A stretch of 46,409 nucleotides of DNA from Planctomycetaceae bacterium (GTDB taxonomy: Bacteria; Planctomycetota; Planctomycetia; Planctomycetales; Planctomycetaceae): contig PBSL01000050.1 in NCBI GenBank assembly GCA_002726205.1, positions 1-46,409 on the forward strand, given 5' to 3'. How positions within the stretch are numbered: the first letter of the stretch is position 1; every line of letters begins with the position of its first letter. Positions 41,071-46,409 of the stretch are shown here, piece by piece. The notes beneath the pieces are model-generated. The model was not told the origin of the DNA and did not search any database. It saw only the letters and a program-made list of their open reading frames with translations. A program made the translations under genes and the position numbers.

Positions 41071-42402
41071 ATGATGACATCTCTCACCCCCTCCCATTCC
41101 CCTGACGGCATCAATCGCCGCGCCATGCTCACCACCGGCAGTCTGGCCGGACTGGGGCTGGCCGAGGTGCTGTGGATGCAGGAGGCCTTTGCCAGGGCCA
41201 AGGGCAAACCGGTCAAGGACATCAACTGCATCTTCCTGTTCGCCCTGGGTGGCATGCCGCACCAGGACATGTGGGATCTCAAGCCCGGGGCCCCGTCGGA
41301 GGTTCGCGGCGATTTCACTCCGATCGCGACCCGGACGCCGGGTGTGCAGATCTCCGACGTTCTGCCGGGTGTGGCCACGGTGACCGACAAGCTGTCGATT
41401 CTTCGCAGCATGACTCACGTCGACAGCGACCACGGTCGCGGTTACCACGTGATGATGACCGGCAAGAAGCCGGGTGCCGGCGATTTCAACGGCAACCAGA
41501 ACAACAACCACCACCCGTGCCTGGGCTCGATGATCTCGCACCTGGGCACTCCCGGCGAGTTGCCTCCCTATGTCAGTGTCCCCAACTTCCTCAACAGCGG
41601 AGGCCCCTCGTTCCTGGGCGCCAGCCACGGACCGTTCGTGATCGAAACCGATCCGGCCGCTCCGGACTTCGCGGTCCGGGACATCTCGCTGCCGACGTCG
41701 GTTTCGACCGACCGCAGCGCCCGCCGGCAGTCGGTACTGCGCGAGCTGAACCGCTTCGAGCGACAGTCCGAAGCCGTGGGACGACAGGTCCGCTCGCTGG
41801 ACACTTTCTACAAGAAGGCCGCCGGGTTGATGACCTCGCGCAAGGCCAAAGAAGCCTTCGACATCCACAGGGAATCAGACAAGACCCGTGCCGAGTACGG
41901 CATGACGTCGGTGGGCCAGTGTTGCCTGCTTGCCCGGCGACTGGTCGAGGCCGGTTGCCGCTTCGTGGCCATCGAGAACGGTCACTGGGACACGCACCGC
42001 AAGAACACCTACAGCCTCCGCGACCTGCTCTGCCCGTCCTTTGATCGTGCCGTACCCGCGATGATCAATGATCTTGATCAGCGCGGCCTGCTCGATGACA
42101 CGCTGGTGATCATCTCGACCGAGTTCGGCCGGACACCGAAAATCAACCAGCTGGCCGGCCGTGACCACTGGCCCAACGTCTTCTCGATCGCAATGGCCGG
42201 TGGTGGTGTCAAGGGGGGACAGGTCATCGGTGCCAGCGACAAGCAGGCCGGCACGGTCGCCGATCGGCCGATCACCCCCGGGGACATGGCCGCCACGGTG
42301 CTGAACCTGATGGGAATTGACCACGAGCTGATCCTTTACACGCCCCTGGGACGTCCGGTCCGTCTGGTCGAAAACGGTCGACCGATCAACGAACTGACCT
42401 AG
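41071..42402 (+). CDS. DUF1501 family protein with TAT signal (443 aa)
   Basis: MMTSLTPSHSPDGINRRAMLTTGSLAGLGLA; STEFGRTP; MAGGGVKGGQVIGASD. GAGGA RBS 8 nt upstream of the ATG at 41071. The track ORF N-terminal extension is rejected. Confidence 0.88.
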   Translation: MMTSLTPSHSPDGINRRAMLTTGSLAGLGLAEVLWMQEAFARAKGKPVKDINCIFLFALGGMPHQDMWDLKPGAPSEVRGDFTPIATRTPGVQISDVLPGVATVTDKLSILRSMTHVDSDHGRGYHVMMTGKKPGAGDFNGNQNNNHHPCLGSMISHLGTPGELPPYVSVPNFLNSGGPSFLGASHGPFVIETDPAAPDFAVRDISLPTSVSTDRSARRQSVLRELNRFERQSEAVGRQVRSLDTFYKKAAGLMTSRKAKEAFDIHRESDKTRAEYGMTSVGQCCLLARRLVEAGCRFVAIENGHWDTHRKNTYSLRDLLCPSFDRAVPAMINDLDQRGLLDDTLVIISTEFGRTPKINQLAGRDHWPNVFSIAMAGGGVKGGQVIGASDKQAGTVADRPITPGDMAATVLNLMGIDHELILYTPLGRPVRLVENGRPINELT

Positions 42403-42438
42403 CCCCACCCCAGACACTTTCCTACCCGAGCCGACACC

Positions 42439-44874
42439 GTGATTTCTCGCCCGACCACAGGCCCGTGTGCCGCCCTGCTGCTTGTCGGCCTGCTGCTTGC
42501 CGGAGCACCGGCGGCCGCGGTTGCTCAACCCAAACCCGGCTACAGCCCGTCGAGCACCCATATTTTTCCCGCCGGAGGTCAACGGGGCACGACGGTGCGG
42601 GTGCGAGTCGGCACCGAGTGCGCTCCGCCGGAGACCGATTTCCTGCTGTACGGTCAGGGTCTGAAGACCGGTGACGCAATGGTGGCCGACTGGTGGTCGG
42701 CAACCAGCCTCACCCGCCGCCTGCCACGCAGCCTCGGAGAACCCGACCCACGCCGGAAACCGACCGAGGTACCGATCTCCTACCCCAGGGAATGGGCCCA
42801 GGAGATCACGATTGCCGATGACGCACCACTGGGAGCGTCACGCTGGAGGATCAGTTGTGCCCAGGGCGGTACGGCCACTCGTCCGTTTCTCGTCGGCAAC
42901 CTGCCCGAACACATCGAGTCCGAATCAAACTCGGCACCGGAACGGGCCGAATCGCTGACGCTGCCGGTAACACTCAACGGGCAGATCTACGGTGAACGCG
43001 ATGTCGATTTCTTCCGGGTGCCGCTCAAACAGGGCCAGGTGCTGGTGTGTGACGTCCTGGCCAGCCGCATCGACTCGCGACTCGACCCGGTCGTCCAGTG
43101 GCTCGATGCCGACGGCCGGTTACTCGACTGCCAGGAAGCCCGGGTGGGCAACGATCCGATTCTCGCCTTGAAGGCTCCCCACGACGGCGACTACCTGCTG
43201 AGAGTTTCCAACATCACCTTCCACGGCAACGCCGCCTGCGTCTACCGGATCACGCTCACCACCCAGCCGGTCGCGCTCTACACTTTTCCCAGTGGCGGCC
43301 AAGCCGGTACGACCGGGACCTTCGCGTTTCACACGCTGACCGGCCAACCGGGACCACCGACCTTGCAGCGGCACCAGCTCACGTTGCCGGCCGCCGAGGG
43401 GTTCTTTCAGCCCCCGGGAAGACTGGCACCTCCGCTGATCGTCGACGGGCGTGAAAACCGGACCGAGACCGAACCGAACAACTCCACCGAGCAGGCCCAG
43501 GCGGTTCCGCCGACTGCGACCCTGCACGGACGACTGGCCAACGCCGATGATGTCGATCGTTTTGCCGTGACCGTCCGCAAGGGACAGCGTTTCACGTTCC
43601 ATGCCGCGGCCTATCCCCCGGGATCCTCCACCCTGCCGGTGCTGACGCTGCTCGACCAGCAGGAGAAACGGCTAGCCCGCGCCCAGGCCATCCAGGATGT
43701 CGACCGCGAGGCACGAATCGAATGGACGGCTCCGGCCGACGGCCGGTTTGTCCTGGAGATTCGCGACCTGCGATTCGGTTCACGTGGCGGCGATGACTTC
43801 CTCTACCGACTGACGCTGCAACCGGCAGCACCCGACTTTGCCCTGCACGCCGGCGCGGATGCACTGAATCTGACGCAGGGAACCGATTCGGCGATCACGC
43901 TGCGGGTTGGACGGACCGGCGGCTTCAAGGGGCCGATCCAACTGGCCGTCGCCGGGTTGCCCAAACACGTGACCTGCACGCCGTCGGAAATCGGAGCCGG
44001 AGCAACGTCGGTCAAGTTGATCTTCAAGGCTGCTGCCGAGGCCGCGTCGCAGGCCTACCCCCTGTCGATCACGGCCACGGCCAAGATCGACGGCCGCCAG
44101 GTCACTCACCGCCTCGACGCCAAACACAAGGGCCTCGTGGCCGCGGGGACCGGATCAAGACACTTTCACCTGACCGTCTGCCACAAGCCGGTCTTCCGGA
44201 TGTTCTGCTTCGAAGCCTACCTGTACGCCCACCGGGGAACGATCTTTCCCTACGTGATGACCGTCGAACGACTCGATGGATTCGACGAGCCAATCACCGT
44301 CCAGATCGGCGACCGCCAGAACCGGGATCTCGACGGCATCGAAATGATCCCCTTCGTGATCCCTCCCGGGAAAAGTGAAGGCCGGTTGCCGATCTACCTG
44401 CCCGAGACAATGCACATCAACATCCAGTCCCAATCGCAACTGTATTCCCAGGCCTTCGCCCACTTCACCGACAAGCACGGACGTCGCCAGGCAGTCCTCG
44501 TGCTCGCCGAAAAGCGCAACATGCTCCGAACACGTCCGCTGGTCGTAAAGATGTTTCCGGTCGACGAGCAGGTTTCCGGCGAACCGGGTGCATTCGTCGA
44601 CTGCCGACTGCGGCTGAAGCGGACCACGAACTTTCCGGGCCCAATGACCGTCGTACTCCACGATACCGGCGAGGTTCCGGGTTTCCTGGTCAAGCCAACG
44701 ACGATGGCCGCAGGAGCCACCTCGGCCACCGTGAAGGTCCGACTGCCGACCGGCGACGCCGCAAAGCAACCGACCACGCTGACGTTTCGGGCAACCGGCA
44801 AGATGCCCGACGGCACGGTGACAATCACCGAGAGCCGAATTCGCTACGTCCCGCCCGGGACGGCCGAGAAGTAG
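42439..44874 (+). CDS. Secreted protein with two pre-peptidase C-terminal (PPC)-like domains, hypothetical (811 aa)
   Basis: Signal peptide (GTG start) MISRPTTGPCAALLLVGLLLAGAPAAAVA. Two PPC-like segments (ESNSAPERAESLTLPVTLNGQIYGERDVDFFRV; ETEPNNSTEQAQAVPPTATLHGRLANADDVDRFAV). It lies 36 nt downstream of the DUF1501 gene. Confidence 0.6.
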   Translation: MISRPTTGPCAALLLVGLLLAGAPAAAVAQPKPGYSPSSTHIFPAGGQRGTTVRVRVGTECAPPETDFLLYGQGLKTGDAMVADWWSATSLTRRLPRSLGEPDPRRKPTEVPISYPREWAQEITIADDAPLGASRWRISCAQGGTATRPFLVGNLPEHIESESNSAPERAESLTLPVTLNGQIYGERDVDFFRVPLKQGQVLVCDVLASRIDSRLDPVVQWLDADGRLLDCQEARVGNDPILALKAPHDGDYLLRVSNITFHGNAACVYRITLTTQPVALYTFPSGGQAGTTGTFAFHTLTGQPGPPTLQRHQLTLPAAEGFFQPPGRLAPPLIVDGRENRTETEPNNSTEQAQAVPPTATLHGRLANADDVDRFAVTVRKGQRFTFHAAAYPPGSSTLPVLTLLDQQEKRLARAQAIQDVDREARIEWTAPADGRFVLEIRDLRFGSRGGDDFLYRLTLQPAAPDFALHAGADALNLTQGTDSAITLRVGRTGGFKGPIQLAVAGLPKHVTCTPSEIGAGATSVKLIFKAAAEAASQAYPLSITATAKIDGRQVTHRLDAKHKGLVAAGTGSRHFHLTVCHKPVFRMFCFEAYLYAHRGTIFPYVMTVERLDGFDEPITVQIGDRQNRDLDGIEMIPFVIPPGKSEGRLPIYLPETMHINIQSQSQLYSQAFAHFTDKHGRRQAVLVLAEKRNMLRTRPLVVKMFPVDEQVSGEPGAFVDCRLRLKRTTNFPGPMTVVLHDTGEVPGFLVKPTTMAAGATSATVKVRLPTGDAAKQPTTLTFRATGKMPDGTVTITESRIRYVPPGTAEK

Positions 44875-44993
44875 CTCGTCACCCGGTTTGGTTTCTTCCA
44901 ACACAGGGTGCTTTCCGAGCCTCGCGTGATTGCATCGCTGTGGGAACGCGGTAGGCTGCTCGAAACCAGATCCTGCCTTCGGAGAACTCTGCT

Positions 44994-46049
44994 GTGCCTC
45001 GACCCAACGACAGCCGTCGGCCCCGTTCCCTCGTCCCGATCGTTGTCTCGCTTGTGCTGCTGGCAGCGGTTGACCGCGTCGATGCCGGGAAAAAACTCTT
45101 CGAGAAACCCGCACCGCGGCCGATCGGCATCGTTGCCTTTGTCGAGGGTCCCGCCTGGCATCCAACCGGAAACGTGTACTTCAGCGACGGTGGAAACAAC
45201 CGGATCATGCGCCGCGATCGAAACGGGATGATGCACGTCTATCGACGGCCGTCGGGGGCCGCCAACGGCCTGCTATTTGACTTCCAGGGCCGACTGCTGG
45301 CCTGCGAGGGTCCCGGGCCATCCGGGCACCGACGGGTGACCCGCACCGAGCACGACGGCACAATCACCGTGTTGACAAACAACTACCGCGGCAAGAAGTA
45401 CGCCGGGCCCAACGACCTGACGATCGACTCGAAGGGCCGAATCTACTTTACCGACCCCCGTTATGGACCGCGAAATGGGCTGGAAATCCTCGACAAGCAA
45501 GGGCGTGCCGTCGAGGGTGTCTACCGGATTGACCCCGACGGCCAGGTCACCCAGGTACTGACCCACGAGGTCGACCGTCCCAACGGAATCCACGTCTCCG
45601 CCGATGACCGCCGGTTGTTTGTCGTCGACAACAACAACAACATGCCCGGGGTTCCCCGTGCCGTCTGGCGTTTCGACCTGAGACCCGATGGCAGCGTTGT
45701 CTCGGCCAGCCGTAAGAAACTCCACGATTTCGGGCGAGGTCGTGGCGGCGACGGAATGGCCCTGGATGTCGAGGGACGACTCTACATCGCCGCCGGGCGG
45801 ACCGTACCCAGCCCGCCGCACGAGACGACCGAGGCGGCCGGAGGTGTCTACGTCATCACACCCAACGGCAAAAAGGTCGGTTTTGTCCCGATCCCCGAAG
45901 ACCAGGTCACCAATTGCACCTTCGGCGGCAAAGATCTCAAGACACTCTACATCACCGCCGGCCACACGCTCTGGAGCATCCGCGTGACAACACCCGGATT
46001 CGTTCCCTGGCTGAGCCGCCAAAACAAGAATCTCGACCGCAAGAAATAA
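44994..46049 (+). CDS. SMP-30/gluconolactonase/LRE-like (SGL) beta-propeller protein, secreted
   Basis: Signal peptide (GTG start). Repeated SGL propeller blocks (PAWHPTGNVYFSD; ANGLLFDFQGRLLACE; PNDLTIDSKGRIYFTDP; PNGIHVSADDRRLFVVD; GDGMALDVEGRLYIAA). Confidence 0.7.
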   Translation: MPRPNDSRRPRSLVPIVVSLVLLAAVDRVDAGKKLFEKPAPRPIGIVAFVEGPAWHPTGNVYFSDGGNNRIMRRDRNGMMHVYRRPSGAANGLLFDFQGRLLACEGPGPSGHRRVTRTEHDGTITVLTNNYRGKKYAGPNDLTIDSKGRIYFTDPRYGPRNGLEILDKQGRAVEGVYRIDPDGQVTQVLTHEVDRPNGIHVSADDRRLFVVDNNNNMPGVPRAVWRFDLRPDGSVVSASRKKLHDFGRGRGGDGMALDVEGRLYIAAGRTVPSPPHETTEAAGGVYVITPNGKKVGFVPIPEDQVTNCTFGGKDLKTLYITAGHTLWSIRVTTPGFVPWLSRQNKNLDRKK

Positions 46050-46129
46050 GCCCACGACAAACGCCGACGAGTCGAAAGATCCAGCCGACATTCGTCGTAG
46101 AACTCCGTCCAACCGGTGATCCGAATCCC

Positions 46130-46409
46130 ATGCCTGACGACCGCGATCGACTTTTGGCTGAAGAAGCTGCCTCGCAGCTGAAACTCAGCATCGACGAACT
46201 CAAGGACCTCCGTCGTAAGGGACGGATCCGAGGCTACCCCAACTACGGTGCCTGGGTCTTCGAGAGAGACGATGTTGCCAGATTGGCCGAGGAAATGGGA
46301 ATCGAAGCCCCGCCGACCTCAGACCTGACCGATCCCACCGCTGAAGAAACCGCTGAAGAAACCGCTGAAGAAACCGCTGAAGAAACCGCTGAAGAAACCG
46401 CTGAAGAAA
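46130..46409 (+). CDS. Partial CDS (continues beyond window end): N-terminal HTH_17/excisionase-like DNA-binding segment followed by (TAEE)n acidic repeat
   Basis: MPDDRDRLLAEEAASQLKLSIDELKDLRRKGRIRGYPNYGAWVFERDDVARLAEEMGIEAPPTSDLTDP(TAEE)6.... The frame is open to the last base. It is absent from the track because no stop lies in the window. Confidence 0.4.
   Translation, partial: MPDDRDRLLAEEAASQLKLSIDELKDLRRKGRIRGYPNYGAWVFERDDVARLAEEMGIEAPPTSDLTDPTAEETAEETAEETAEETAEETAEE
46337..46409. repeat. Perfect 12-bp tandem repeat (accgctgaagaa) x6 at window end
   Basis: Six identical units at 46337-46408 plus one further base. In frame with the partial CDS, encoding TAEE repeats. Confidence 0.9.

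Overview
High-GC (~65%) chromosomal segment with the gene content of a Planctomycetota genome. The calls rest on repeated DUF1549/DUF1553 + DUF1501 gene pairs, a LEPRxLLS-type secretion motif, TAT-type RRxFLK signals and frequent ATGA start/stop overlaps. The left end carries a housekeeping cluster syntenic with E. coli thrU-tyrU-glyT-thrT-tufB-secE-nusG: on the minus strand, tRNA-Thr(TGT), tRNA-Tyr, tRNA-Gly, tRNA-Thr(GGT), tuf, rpmG, tRNA-Trp, secE and a partial ORF that may be nusG, preceded by a near-consensus sigma70 promoter. The remainder is accessory-like. It holds a sigma-70-family factor with a long N-terminal extension, and three paralogous two-gene modules (DUF1549/DUF1553 'PSCyt/PSD' protein + DUF1501 sulfatase-like protein). 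One module sits inside a six-gene, translationally coupled ECF-sigma / anti-sigma operon that ends in an LTXXQ (Spy/CpxP-like) gene. A fourth, lone DUF1501 is paired with a PD40 beta-propeller gene. The most unusual locus is a tightly coupled NfeD - flotillin (SPFH) - ~1875-aa giant protein operon; the giant protein's only recognisable domain is a C-terminal MoxR/AAA_5-like ATPase. Other genes: Ldh_2-family dehydrogenase, nadB, an SDR reductase, an MqnA/MqnD-family gene, an ABC-F ATPase, miaA, an SRPBCC protein, a secreted PPPDE-like putative peptidase, a secreted PPC-domain protein and an SGL gluconolactonase-like propeller. Both window edges end inside perfect 12-bp acidic-repeat-coding tandem repeats, which may mark assembly breakpoints. 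No CRISPR arrays, rRNA genes or recognisable mobile elements were seen. Many long antisense ORFs in the six-frame track are judged artefacts of stop-codon depletion in high-GC DNA. Coordinates follow the ORF track where available; hand-derived ones (tRNAs, rpmG, promoters, trimmed starts) may be off by a few nt.
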